A DNA stretch of 64,000 nucleotides from Octopus sinensis (lineage: Eukaryota): assembly GCF_006345805.1 (NCBI RefSeq), contig NC_043013.1, positions 37,758,001 through 37,822,000 on the forward strand, given 5' to 3'. The notes below the pieces were generated by a model, which was not told the DNA's origin, made no database searches, and was given only the letters and a program-made list of their open reading frames with translations. The position numbers and the translations under genes are program-made. Within the stretch, counting starts at the first letter, position 1; each line of letters begins with the position of its first letter. Below are positions 22,771-37,345 of this stretch, in pieces.

Positions 22771-25040
22771 ATTATATAATAAAATATATATATCTATGGA
22801 GATAGATTCAAAGTGACGAAATGCAAAGTGGTGATATGAAACCACATCTGTGGTAATAAAGACAAGAGAAATGTTTACCTTTAAAAAGTAGAAACGTGAA
22901 GAGAAGGCAACTGAGAGGGGCTGAGGTAGTAACAACGAAAACAGGCCCAGATTTTAGGTTATCATCAATCACTGTTCTTGAAATGGTAGTCGAGGGTCAC
23001 CTACATCCGGGTATTAGAATTGATTGAACAAACAAATGTTTTTTTTTTTTTTACTACGTCAACCTGATGTGAGGAGTAGATGATTCTCATGAGGAGGAGT
23101 AGATCAATAGAACGAGGAGGAGTAGATGGACGACTTTCAGTCTATCGGCGAATGTCTGTACCAGTCAAATACATGAGTCGATTTAATCGATTTGCAAAAT
23201 TATGGCCTTGTGTCTATGTTAGAAACGGTATTTTGTTTTTACTTTTGTGGGAAATAAACTAAAAGTGCAAATTAAAATGTGTGCTATCTTCTCTTTTATC
23301 TCTTCTGTTAATGTTTATTATCTTGTAAAATTCGCATGTGTCGAATAAAACTAAATATAAGCTCTATAATATAGTATTTTAACTCTTTCGCTGACAAGGA
23401 ATATTCCATGGACACACATAGAGTTACATACATACATGAAATGGGAAGAATGCTGCTGGCATTCTTAGGTCTGCGGGAAACAATAACAAACATGATTCTA
23501 ATAAAAATCAATCTCATATTGCCCAGCATTTTGCGCGTCGTTGTTTATGGCCATCATCTCAAACAGCAATCGAACTTGTCTCTCCGAGATATGTCTGCCA
23601 TAATGCCAGTCTACGCTGGCTGCACATATTCATATATATACAAACAAATATCTAATGATGCATACGTCTTGCATAAAATATATAATTCTATTTCATGTTC
23701 TTTCTTTGATCTGCCTTATCGTTCATTTTGAAAAAATATAAATGCAATATATTTTTTTTAAAGTAAGGGAAGAAAAGTAATACACATAAATGTGTGTATG
23801 TTTATACATCTGTAGAACTTATATGTGCGCGTATATATACGCATTCATGCATAATATTTTAGTGTTTTCTGTAGGCATGCACACATGTGATTGCGTTTAT
23901 GTAACGTATGTGCGTATGGTATGTTTGTATGTATTTTTGTATGAATGAAGGTACGTATGTATATGTGTATGCGTATAGATGTGTACACGTGTGTATATGA
24001 AGAATCATACTCAACACTAATTTAAGCTTTTGATCATGTTTCGAATAAAGATATCCCAAATCAAATAGAAATAATTTGTTTTGTGATATCAAACTGATAC
24101 CATACACCACAGGGAGAGATTTTCCAATAGAAATAAATAAATAAAGAGTGAAAACGGAAGAAATAGGACATTAACAGATTAGAATAACATCGAAACAGTT
24201 TAGAGAAACAATTATTAACAGAATTTAACAACATTAAACCCGTTTTAAAGATATGAATCTAACAGATGACAAACGCCATCGAGAGCTTTGATAAAAATCG
24301 ATTGTAATAGGATATAATACCGTTGAGAGGATTTATACAATTGTTATTCAAAGGATATAGCCGTAATCCATGAATTCGAGGAAATCTGATAGAAATTTGA
24401 AGGAGAGGAAAAATGAAAGAAAAAAAGGAAAGAAAGAAATCAATGCAAATATTTAAGAAGATGAATTGCGAGGATGTGAATGGTGGACAATAAAATAATA
24501 TTAATTTCGATTAATCTAATAAATGGGGAGTGTTAATCCGTTTCAAATGCTGCACTAGCGGAATTCAATGAAATTTTGACTGGAGGAGGTGAAACAAACC
24601 TTGCAAGGTATGCAGGTTATTACATTAAACGTCATCGTATATGGAATAATGTCTATGCTTGATACAACCATATAAAATAGCTAAAATAGTGTAGTATAAG
24701 TTAAATTTAGGTACCTATAAGGAGATGATACGTATGATTATAAAAATGCATACATTTACATATATTTATATATACATACATATATCTATGTCTATCTATA
24801 TACATACACACACGCACGCACACAGACACACACACACACACACACACATATATGTATATCCTCTATGTGTGATTGGGTGCGTACACGTGTGTGCCAGTGT
24901 GTATAGACGACGAAGGCGCAGCTGTGAGATGCTGAAGATTTTTCACGATCAGTCCCAATCATCTGTCATAAACCTGAATCGAGTAACGCCTTGTGACAGA
25001 ATTGGATAAATGGAATGGCGCAAAACACCGTCGGGTACAC

Positions 25041-25099
<59 letters not shown>

Positions 25100-25521
25100 C
25101 ATGTATAGGTATATGTATATATATATACATGCATATATAAAGGCATATATATATATATATATATACACACATAAATGTGTGTGTGTATGTGTATGAATTT
25201 ATGCAGATTTGTATGGAGATATAGATAAGTAAAGAGATCGCTCGATCAATAAACAAACAGACAGACAGATTGATTGATTGATATATATGTAAGCAGTGGG
25301 TTTAGAATTACAAACGTAGGATTTGCAAACTAAAGCGATGTCGAAAATTTTGAAATAGCAACGACAATTCATGTCTTTGGAATAAATTGTTTTGTCCGAG
25401 TGTCTGTGCTTACAAATATAGACATATTTTTAAATTTGTCTATATTTCTTTCATTTTATCTAGTTTCAGCTCACTAGCTGTGGCCATGCTGGGGCACCGC
25501 AATCACAAATAAAGGATATAG

Positions 25522-25563
<42 letters not shown>

Positions 25564-26129
25564 GTGTTTGTGTGTGTGTATGTATGTACATAGATAGACA
25601 AAGATATATGTATGTATGTATATGTGTATATGTATCTTCTAGTCTTTTTATGTATCTATGTATGGATATAGCGATATTAGTTTTAATAAGTTGTGTACAA
25701 TAGTTTCAACAATTTATATTTTGACTAACAGCAGCTACACCAGTACTATAAAAAGCATAGCCCCATCTTTAAGACAACCGCTATCACAGACACCATTATT
25801 ACAAGCATAATCTGATTCCCTCATCCCATCACGAACAAAAAAATTATCATTAACTGCACTGCCCTAAAAACAACCAATAAAGAACTAAAGAACTAAAGAA
25901 CCACTTACATGAAAACACTGACACCACTCACAGCAACTACATAGCATCAACTAAAACATATCCCCTCACACATGATATATCCAAATATCACTACATACAC
26001 CATCGTAAAAATCAAACGCCCAGAAGAAAGAAATTCACTAGAACGAAACACTTATACCTCCACAGGAACAAAGTAAATGAACTTTTTTCTCGCCTCCTTC
26101 TCTCTTGCCGATCATGCCCGTGCTCAGAA

Positions 26130-27200
26130 TAGGCAGAATGAATGCTGTGACTTATCAGTGACATTAGGCTTTGCGATCCACAAGCCATCCTAAACATTCT
26201 CGGTTGTAACGAGATTTACTTATCTCCAAGACAACTGGGATTTGGAGGTGGAACTGATGTGCTGATTCGGAGGACTCTTGATTTCACGACAGGGACCTCT
26301 TCCTGAACCAGAAGATGAGTTAGTAGCCCTCAATATAAACAGTAGTGCAGCAGATCCTTTCAGACTAGCATATGTTTACGCTCCGAGAGAGTGAGACAGT
26401 CGGAATTCCTTAGGCACCAGGAATTTTCCTAGGAAAGTCTCTCTCTTCAATGATGGTGGCCGACTGAAACGCTATCTTGGATGCACTTTTGGATTGTGCG
26501 GAGTTAGCTGGTAGGAGAGTGGGATTAAAAGCCTCACAAACCTGCTGAGACGTCATTAGCCGTTTGACAGGTATTGTTTGTATTTCCCGAATGTGCTAGT
26601 GAGGCCATGGTCAAACCATGTCAAGGCATTACGATATATTTGAGCTGGTATTGAATGAGTCAGTCGTCAACAATAAATGGTGGTTCGTCTTCAAAAATCC
26701 AATTAGAGTAGAATTCATTACGTTTATTAATCTCGTAGTGTGAGAGGAAAATAGAATAGGAGATTTGGGAATTTTTTAAAGACTTCTAGAAAATCATTGA
26801 GATCAGCGTTCTTTCACACACGAGGATAGGAAAGCTACTCTATAAGATCGAGTGGCAACAGTATCACAATCTAGTCGTTGGGACTATATTAGAGAATGTT
26901 CCCCGAGTCCAAGTAGATGTATAAAGCTTTTGAACAGCTTTTGTTCGATTGTTTAGGATGAATGGCCAGGTCGCAAAAATTGATAACAGCTGCGCAAATT
27001 AGGGGAGCGGTGTTTAGCTGAGGGGAAGTCGCTTGTCTTGCATGGTCAGTCCGACGAGCTTTAGTTTTATTTGTTAGACTTTTCGGAGGCATGTTGACAG
27101 ATATCTAGCACAGCTGGTAGCAGACCAAGAGTATTACCAGTTCTGTGAGTCTAGGATTGGTGGCAAGACAAAGAAAAGACCCAAACATGGAGTGATTACG
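26130..27200 (+). mobile_element. Degraded L1/Tx1-like ORF2 N-terminus (APE endonuclease and linker)
   Basis: FRLAYVYAP at ~26360-26385 and MVAD*NAILD at ~26452-26480 (degenerate VYAP and GDWN/GDFN APE motifs); many stops and frameshifts. The A/C-rich stretch 25700-26130 may be ORF1 remnant. Confidence 0.65.
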
Positions 27201-27274
27201 TTTATAATCTGAGTTCCAAATAGAAGGTAGAAGAATTGTTTCTTCATCATTGTCACAGTGTCGTATAACCGGAA

Positions 27275-27445
27275 GAAAGCCCTGATCAGTATTGCCCTTA
27301 ATAATCCTTTCTACTATAGGTACAAGGCCTGAAATGGTGGGTGAGGAGGAGACTAGTCGATTACATCAACCCCAGTGTTTCACTAGTACGTGATTTATCG
27401 ACCTCGAAACGCTGAAAGGCTAACTCGACCCCGGCGGAATTTAAA
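27275..27445 (-). mobile_element. SINE family A variant, partial
   Basis: tagtcgattacatcaaccccagtg..tttatcgacc..gaaaggc..tcgacc.cggcggaattt is the reverse of the family A body. Confidence 0.7.
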
Positions 27446-27519
27446 ACACCGCACTTAATACGAGGCGGTGACAGTAGCAACAATCAGCAAGAGAAAACAA
27501 TTGGGCCTGTAGCTTGTAA

Positions 27520-27615
27520 CCTGGAGAGGTAGGTCCATTGCTATCCTTCAACTGATTTCTTAAAGTGTAGGTGAATGTAGCAAAGATGGCCTGAGTAAAC
27601 GGGTTTGCTTTGAGT
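27520..27615 (+). mobile_element. L1/Tx1-like ORF2 C-terminal remnant
   Basis: gtgaatgtagcaaagatggcc matches gtgaatgtagcaaggatggca at ~2175. Confidence 0.55.
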
Positions 27616-28144
27616 ACTCAATGGATCTACTCTGAGTAAACTGATTGGGAAGATTAAATGACTTAGTGGTCAGGGGATCAATGGTTTTGTAAGTTTTCTG
27701 CATGTAGTCCTTAGAATACTTCCACCTTAAAATTTTAGCATTGAACCTGATCGAGCACTGTATTCGTTTCCTTTCAAATATGTTACCTAGGACATGTTTT
27801 ACCAATGCAAATATCCTCGTTGATTCCTATGTATTTGCTGATCCAACGACCAGGTAAATATCCATTTTATTTTCTCTTGCGCCCTCACAAACGCTTTCAG
27901 TTGAAACTGAAAATGAACGCCATTTTTGCTTACAAGCAAAATGATTAACGTCATATTCGCAGTATTATTTCGTTAAATATTTATCCCATTGCAGTCTTCG
28001 GAAGAAGTCTTACATGTGATATAGCATGCTACTTTAGTGAGAACACTATGAAGCATAGCAAGAGAAAATATAACAAGAAATTATACGATAAGTTTGAATT
28101 GTATGAATCATTAGAGGATACCACAAAATAACATAAGGCATCTG

Positions 28145-28305
28145 TTGTGACTCTTCCTGTTCTGAGTTCAAATATCACTGAGGTTAACTTAGATTTTCAT
28201 CCATCCATGGTCGTTAAAATAAGGTTACAGTAAAGTACCGGGCTTGATGGCACCAAGTTGAATTCTCTCAAAAATAATGGTCTTGTGGGTGTAGTAAAGA
28301 CAACT
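28145..28305 (+). mobile_element. SINE family A, very degenerate
   Basis: gttctgagttcaaat..gaggttaactt..tttcatcc matches the family A core. Confidence 0.55.
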
Positions 28306-28742
28306 AGATGCATAAATTGATAGGTGTAATACATATATATAGTAAGAGAGACAAAGATAGATAGCGTGAGAGAGGGTGGGTACTTGAATGTGTGAATATG
28401 CATATATATATATATAATGTGTTATCAACTGGAATATAACTATGTTGTGAAGGAAGATGACCCAGAGGCATTTAAATGCTACCGATATCTCAAGCAATTT
28501 AATGAATGGAATATATATGTGTATCTATGTATTTAAACATGTATGTAATATACGCATGTATAGAGTTGAACATGTAACATAAAAGTATGTCTGTGTTTGT
28601 AGTACAAGTACGTATGTGTGACATACAGCTCAATACATGTATATACAGACATAGATACTATTGTGGACATATAGACATTATTCTATACATTCATTCGTAA
28701 CTCACACCCACAGACAGAAATCAAATAACGACATATATATAT

Positions 28743-28784
<42 letters not shown>

Positions 28785-29094
28785 ATTATATAATATATAT
28801 ATATATATATGTATATACATACATACGTATACAAATATACTAATATATAGATGCCTTGCATATCCTTCCTCTACGGTAAATGGAAGCTGAGTTGAAGCAA
28901 ATCAAATATATAAATATACAGATGAAAAATTTAATAAATACAAATGTAAATGAATAAAGAAAATGGAACAAAGAAAGTAAGTAGAAACAATTGAAATTAT
29001 ATAATTACAGTTATATCCGTCAGTATGAAGGAATGCCTCGATGCACTTACATTTGTCCTTGGTTTATGTATCTGTATCATATACGATAGATACG

Positions 29095-29128
<34 letters not shown>

Positions 29129-30003
29129 ATATATATATAGATATATATATATATATTATATATATATATTATATAATATATATATATACATGTATGGTGT
29201 ACGTACGTCCGTAAGTATGTATGTATGCATGTATGTATATACTAACGTGAGCGCATATGTGTGTATGTGTGAATTTATTAATGTATATGTCCATTTATCT
29301 CTACTTATATATATTGATGTAACTGCGCATATATACATGCATGTGTATATATATACTTACATTTATGTATGTGTATATGTATAACTATACATAAATATAC
29401 ATGTATATATATATATATATATATACACCCACGCACGCACACACGCGCGCGGATATGCGTGCCTGTAGAAAATGGGGAGGAATGGGGAATGGGAAGAAAA
29501 ACAGAGAATCGAAAGAACCATCATCCAGAGCGAAATTGAGATTGTGATTGAGCGATAGAGTAACAGAATTTAAGTGAAATCTCAATCCGCTCATTTCTTT
29601 CAGTCATTTTCTTGAGGAATACCTATCTATGCAAGTAAATTAATTTCCCGAATCATTAAACAATTATTTGGATAAACGTTCCGATGAGAAGCAAAATAAG
29701 AAATTTCCTGAACCACTTCTAAAGATGATGGTGCTTTTGATCCCACCAATTATTCAGTATTACTAAGTGTCTCGTATTTAAGCGTAGCCAAATCTATAAT
29801 CAGGCAGCAAAGTATTGTAGCCCCCATAGGGTAACTACATGATCGATATCCTTCACTTACGTTCGTTCCCACACAATGCAGGATTACTTTGAAGAAGGTG
29901 AATTCTTGTTAATAGACTTTTTAACAAAGCTTTCAACTCCCCTTTATCCCAAGTTTTCCCAGCTACCAAATATCTGTTTTTCTTCTCCTTCTACACCTAC
30001 TGC

Positions 30004-30046
<43 letters not shown>

Positions 30047-30179
30047 TTTCACTTTCTTCCCTCTTGGTATACATACATCCATGCTGATACACACACATAC
30101 ATAGGCACACACACATATGTGCATACATTCATGAACACAAACATATATATATATATATATATATAATATATATATATAT

Positions 30180-30211
<32 letters not shown>

Positions 30212-30335
30212 ATACATATATATACATGTATATACACATATATATATATACATGTATAAATATATATATACACATGTATGCATATATACATGCATGTATA
30301 TATATACATATATATATACATATATATACATATAT

Positions 30336-30376
<41 letters not shown>

Positions 30377-30669
30377 TACATATGTATGTACATATATAGT
30401 TACATACTTAAATCGTTCAATTTCTCTGTCTATATGTTTGTAAGGATGTTCAAATGTGTTTCTGAACGATGTTGAGGCCTCCTTCGCTAGTAGTGATTCT
30501 TCGCTTCTTCATATTCGTTCCAATCTATGAATTAATAGATCAGTTTCAATTTCTTTCTCGCATATTCACTGTTTCGGTCAGCTTTACACAAAAGCATGGT
30601 TCATTCCTTGCGGCCTGCAGGTTTGCGCAATTCCCAGTATGAAAGTACGTGCACACCCACGTACACACT

Positions 30670-30717
<48 letters not shown>

Positions 30718-32053
30718 ACACACACACACAGCACACACACGTACAGAACACACACAGACACACACAAACACACACACTCATAGACACAGATAACATATTT
30801 GGTGGACGCGATTGTCGCTATTAAAATATACATCCGTTTAACATACTCAACACTCACGTGCACACACACATACATATACACATATATATACACATATATA
30901 TATATATCTGTGCGTGTGTGGGTTTGTATCATTGAAACGTGCAATCCTGTTGGGTTCGTCAAGAATCAATTGTTTCATAGACAAGTTCTTTAAAAAAATG
31001 TTTTATATTTCGGACCGACGTGAACATCATCTCACCAGTAACTCACAAGAATGCCAGATGTATTTCAGCTTTCTTGATACCTTGTAATGAGGTATGCCGC
31101 TTTTCAATGCTTAAACGAAATTTTCCACCTTCTGATATACAGGAAACAGTGAACAGTACTTCTACTGACATTGCGAAAAGCTTTCCGTGGTGTAATAAAC
31201 ACCATATACGCAATATGCATAAAGTTGCATACACACATATTTACACACGCACACACACACACACACACACACTTGCATAGAGTCATACATTCATGTATAC
31301 ATGAATTGCGAATACATTTACATGCATACAGCAAACGAATATGCATACACTCCACGTCACTCTGTATATATATATATATATCGTGGAGTGGCACTATAAG
31401 GCTTTCTCTACAGAATAACCCACAGGGCATTGCCTCTAGTGTCGCCTTGTTCTTTGCCGCTCATCGTGAGTATCTACACCATTCTTCCTACAGAGTAATA
31501 ACGAGTAACTTCAAGTACATAAGACAAATACTGCTATACTGCTAATGCATTAATAATTAATTTAATAATTAATTCAACAATTAAATTCCGCTTAGGTGCA
31601 TTCTGTCCTTCCAGTGTCGAGAAAATAACCTTTCAGCACTGGTATCAGTGGAATCGACTAGCCTTCTCGCCTAAGTTTCCTGGTATTGTACCTATAACAG
31701 AAAACATGAATTTAACGAACTACCTATGACGTATCAATTCTATAAGTTTAGTGTAACTGACTTAGCAATCTCTTTCAAAAGAGTTATTAATTCAATATTT
31801 CCGTAGTCATTTAACAATTATTGCAAGAGCAATTATTATTCATATAAATATATATTAGATTTTAAACCCGATTGAAGCTAGACCATTTGGTCCTCGTTTC
31901 GTTATTTACTGCACAATTGTATAAAGAAAGACATTTGTTCCTGCCGTCCAACATATGTAATTAAATTTAATTAATTTATATAAGCAGATTTTGCTTAAAT
32001 CAATAAGATCAAAAATTAACACTGATGGAGAGTTCACAATTTATTGTATGTAC

Positions 32054-32085
<32 letters not shown>

Positions 32086-33971
32086 ATATATATGTATGGG
32101 TTTGTGTATAGACATATATGCACATATATTTACACTCACACGCACCACATTCATACGTGTGTGTATGTATATATATAATGAGAGATAAGGAGAGAGAAAG
32201 AGACAGGCAGATAGCCAGACAGACAGAGAACGGAGACAGGGAGAGTCCATAGGTGATTGTGATATCATTTCCAAGAAGAAATTTCGAATCTAACGTTTTG
32301 TTTGGGTTTGCAAGGGGGGGGGCAGTGTAACGTGTATGTGTGTGTAATGGGGCCAATGTGTATTAGTCTGTGCACATCTATATGTATATCAATAGGTTTG
32401 TGTATGTGTGTGTCCCTGTGTGTATTTATAACCAAATTTACCTCAGCTCACATTTTAGGCACTTATAAGAAAAAAAGTAAGAGGTCAAAAGTATATATGC
32501 ATTTCTTCATTCTCGTAGATAGAATGATTTTGATCAAGGCTGAACTGGAGCTAAATACTGATATGAATAATTAAAACAACAACAAACAGCACCTGAGCTC
32601 CTTAAGCCTCAAACTTAAATCAACATATGTATAACCCTGTTATTACATACTGCCACCGGAAAAAGATCTCTAGAATGTTTTGTTTTGAAAAGTGCTCGCA
32701 TGATGGATATAATCCATTATTAGAATAGGCAGTATCGCAGCAAGGAATGACTTTTCTGATGATAATATGGATCTATATAATACGATGTTCTGGGATGTCA
32801 TATGCGATTGTATTATAATGGTTTTTGAATTTAGTTTCAAATTTGAAGAAAACTTCTGCCTTTCCTCCTGACTGATAAATCGTTTTCATTGCTGGTTCTA
32901 CCAGTAGTCGTCGGCGTTATCACAGCAGCAGCAGCAGTAGTAGTAGTAGCAGCAGTAGCAGCAGGAGAATATAGTGGAGGACAAGTATGCTATAACTACT
33001 GTTTTATTCTGCGATTCCAAAAATAAGCTAATTAGCCTAGGAATGAGTAAGCAATTGCAAAATATAGCCAGTAGGAGGCTGAATAGAAGTCTGGATGGCC
33101 TCTTCTGGAATGTCTTTTATCACGTATCAGATAGATCTGATACATTGTATAGTTAAACAACAATAACGTAAATTAACTATCTAAATTTTCCTGAGTTATT
33201 CAGAGTTACATAACATGAAGTTTATAAAACTAGATAACAGTGACCAAGGGAAGTAGTTTTCACTATCATAGAAAAGTTTATTTCCTTCTTCGAAATGGCC
33301 AAGGATCAGAACACCTTTACTGATTAAATGTCGCACAGTTAACATGTCAACCATTATAAAGTGGTCGTTTTGTAAAATAACAGAAAAAGAGAATGTAGCT
33401 AAATGCATATCCTAAAAACAGTGAACTGCACCGACCAATCAACAGCCGGATTTGGTATTGTAAGAATAGTTTCAAAATCAAACAAACCGACATTTAGATG
33501 GATTAATAGGTGAAAATACCTTTGAAATTATTGATGAAATAAAGCTACATCATAGGAGACTACAATACGGAAGCATTCAAACTCTTATTTATAACATAAA
33601 TAGCATATTTTGGGTGTTGTTTCTCATATATAACAAACACTTTAGTTAAAATTTATTTCACATAGGATTCTCAATGTACAATTCTCGGTAACATTTGCAG
33701 ATGTTTCAGAATATATATTAATATGTAATTGCTGGTATGCTTTATTCATACTTGACCTTGTTATTTCTGCATCAAAACTGAGTCAAGGGTTAAATATTTG
33801 GGTATTGTTACGATGCAGAAATTAACCGAGTTAAGTCGTTACCGAATGATTTTAAATATCAATGAAGCTACACATGATGGTAATAAAATAGATATATGAA
33901 AAATATATAGAACATATAAAGATATGAGTATATGTATTACACAGACACACATACGTGTGTGTATGTGTATG

Positions 33972-34004
<33 letters not shown>

Positions 34005-34061
34005 GTATGTATATGTTGATAGGCAGATAGACAGAAGATATATGCTACGTACCTTTATACA

Positions 34062-34095
<34 letters not shown>

Positions 34096-34192
34096 ACAAA
34101 CATTCAATGACTACGTGACACATGAAACCAGATATTTCGTTGTCGACAACAATACATTTAAGTGACTTAAATATCTACGCTGGTTATAAGAC

Positions 34193-34232
<40 letters not shown>

Positions 34233-34274
34233 CTATATGGATATGTATATATAAGTATGTATATATATGTATAT

Positions 34275-34321
<47 letters not shown>

Positions 34322-34429
34322 CATATACATATATATATACATATCCATATAGACATACACACACACACAAACAAACACACACACACACATATATATATGT
34401 ATGTATATATATATATATATATATATATA

Positions 34430-34461
<32 letters not shown>

Positions 34462-34674
34462 CTGATAAACAATTACAGACGTTCGGTTGTCTCCCGTTTG
34501 TTTTTACATTCAGTATAGGTTATGTCGTTTGCTTATTTACCATACAATATTTCATAGATGATGGTTTTATATATGTAAAACATACTGTGAAAAATGTCAC
34601 TCTGATTGAGGAAAATTGAAATTTACATGAATAAGTGAAGATTCATTCTCAACTTGAAGTGTAGCGTTTAAAAC

Positions 34675-34705
<31 letters not shown>

Positions 34706-34755
34706 TATACATATATATATATACATATATATATATGTATGCATGTATGCATGTA

Positions 34756-34807
<52 letters not shown>

Positions 34808-35425
34808 ATATATATATTAATATATATATATATATATTATATATATAATATATATATAGATAGATAGATAAATAGATAGATAGATAGATAGATAGATAAA
34901 TATACACATACATATGTATAATTGATGGATTCTCTAGTAGTGAACGACAAATGAAAGTTCAGTAAAATAAAGTGGTAATGATGTTCTATGGATGCCGTTG
35001 TGTCTCTTGAGGTCTGCAGATATAAAAAGATAACTAATATATAAATATCAGCTACTAAATAACAATTGTTTTATACCTCCTCCATTTTTTATGGTGTCTT
35101 GTCATCTGGTTTTGGGAAGACATTAGCTTAATTTTTTTCCTTACATAAAATCACTGTCTCTAGTGTCTCAGCCTTCAGATGTCAACACTAAACACATCTT
35201 CCAAATGATCCTTCCACATCTGCATTCCTCTGAAAATTTCCACCTTAGACGAATATAATAGTATATATATATTAGTTTTGATATTTGCAGGGAGCACAAA
35301 CCTCAACAATCTCACCAAACTTGGAATTTCGAAGACGTCCTTCAACATTAGCGTACTTTAAAACTAAACAAATATTTATATAAAGTATATATATATATAT
35401 ATATATACATGCGTGCCTACATACC

Positions 35426-35507
<82 letters not shown>

Positions 35508-35571
35508 ATATATATATAATATATATATATATATAGATATATATATATATATATATATACATAAATATATA

Positions 35572-35639
<68 letters not shown>

Positions 35640-35648
35640 ATATATATA
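34675..35648. repeat. Region with two long (TA)n-dominated microsatellites (34675-34900 and 35385-35648)
   Basis: Directly visible; source of poly-YI ORFs. Confidence 0.9.
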
Positions 35649-35785
35649 ATTATAATTTAGGGTATCTAAGAGATACCACCATGCTGGAAATAGCAGCCAA
35701 AACTTGACTCTAAAACCACATTAAATGTTCATACAGTACCAAGTGAGAAGGTGGTGGTATATCTTTGATACCCTAAATTATAATT
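35648..35785. mobile_element. Small MITE with ~33-bp terminal inverted repeats
   Basis: aattataatttagggtatctaagagataccacca ... tggtggtatatctttgataccctaaattataatt. Confidence 0.75.
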
Positions 35786-35869
35786 TGAATAATAATTATT
35801 ACCCTTGAAAGTTTTTATTCCCTTGCTGGTCACTTGATAAGATCAGTAAGTAACGATCTTATCCTTATG

Positions 35870-35904
<35 letters not shown>

Positions 35905-37189
35905 GTGGGGAGAGCCTGTGAGCAATCGAAATAAGCCCGATGAAGAAAGGCTTTCCAATCGTAATTATTCGATCTTATGTTCAGCAACTCTGCATTTAGG
36001 ACTACAATATTCAATGGAACTTTTGTTATTTTAAGACGATATTGTGCAGTTTGAGGGAAATTTCAATGCTATTTGTAGGAGAAGGGTCAAGCACGTAGAA
36101 GCTGCCTATTTGGAATTCGTGTCACGTGTTGTAGTAATCGAATTCTGTATTTTTTCGGCCATTTTAAGTCTACATCAAGGAATATTTTTTTAAGGAAAAA
36201 TGTATAGATTGAGGTTGAAATTATGACAAGGTAAATAAAATTGACGAAACAATAAAAAAAGGTGAGAGAAACGAATGGAATAGTGCAAATATAAAGAAAA
36301 ATTAAATCAAAAACAGATAAAAAAACAACGATGTTACATTTTTTTTCAAATCGCTGAATAAACCCACATGGTGATTCTAGCAAATTACATAATAAGTAGG
36401 GGGTGAATAATCTTTCTAATTATATTGGTATCCATTGTGTTCTCGAGTTTTCTCTAAGAATAAGATATTTTTGCAGACAAAATACTTGAAGAATATGGTA
36501 ATAGGTAAGAATTTTAGTAAATCGCTCTCAGATCACGTTTCCGATTCGAAAAAAAAAAATGCAGAAAATATTTTAAGAAGCAACAAATTTCGTGTAAGTT
36601 CTTCATAGTGTTCAATAAATAAATAAATAAAATAAATAATAGAAGTAAAAGTAAGAACAAACAAAACATTCGAAAAAAGAAAAAAAGCGCATCAAAATCT
36701 GAATCATTACTATCAAAGAGAAAAAAAATACAGAAATTCTTTGTTTTGACTTGACTTTTAGATTTTTTTGTTAATACAATGTTCGTTCATATTTTTTTTT
36801 TTTCATTTTCTTTTTTTTTTTGCGTTTCTGAAGATTTGAAGCATTTCTATCTCGAGTAGCATCTCACCGCAGGTTTAAAAAAAAACACACACACACTCAC
36901 TTAGGATATTTTATGTTACTTTATTATTTCCTGCTTCTACGGTGGTCTCAGTTATTGGACTGCCACCTTACTGGAGCATCATCTTAAATTTACTTTTCGT
37001 TCAGTTATCTATATTCACAGTAGCAGTTATTTTAGTCTAGGACTAATTTTATTAAACTATTTGCTCTATTCCTCAGGTAATTTCGATAAAACACGATGCA
37101 TCTCGATCCACTAGATAACAGAAATACATAAACACATAAAATGTGCATAGACACACACATGTATATGTCTGTATTTGAGATGTATATAC

Positions 37190-37345
37190 TTCATCCATTT
37201 CCCCTTTAATAAATCCACTCGCCAGACTGGTCGGCTCCGGTCTATAGTAGATGACACCTGGCCTAACTGCAACAAAGTAAAGCTGAATCCGTGACTATGT
37301 GTTTAGGAAGCAAGTTTCTTGCCTAACAGTCACGCCTTCGCCTCT
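37190..37345 (-). mobile_element. SINE family B 5' half, degenerate
   Basis: aaatccactc..tggtcggc..ctatagtaga.gacac matches family B reversed. Confidence 0.6.

Noticed and set aside
23067-23130. GAGGAGTAGAT repeated three times with short spacers (CRISPR-like appearance)
   Set aside because: 11-bp unit, related spacers, eukaryotic context and no cas genes: a degenerate minisatellite.
27791-27853. Possible 63-nt plus-strand exon (tacctag|...cag|gtaaat)
   Set aside because: Two frames are open, so it is uninformative, and the splice signals are only moderate.
29604-29634. Possible 31-nt microexon HFLEEYLSMQ (tttctttcag|...caa|gtaaat)
   Set aside because: Too short to distinguish from chance without RNA data.
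33196-33408. 70-aa minus ORF (DHFIMVDMLTVRHL...)
   Set aside because: No motif recognised and no convincing splice sites.
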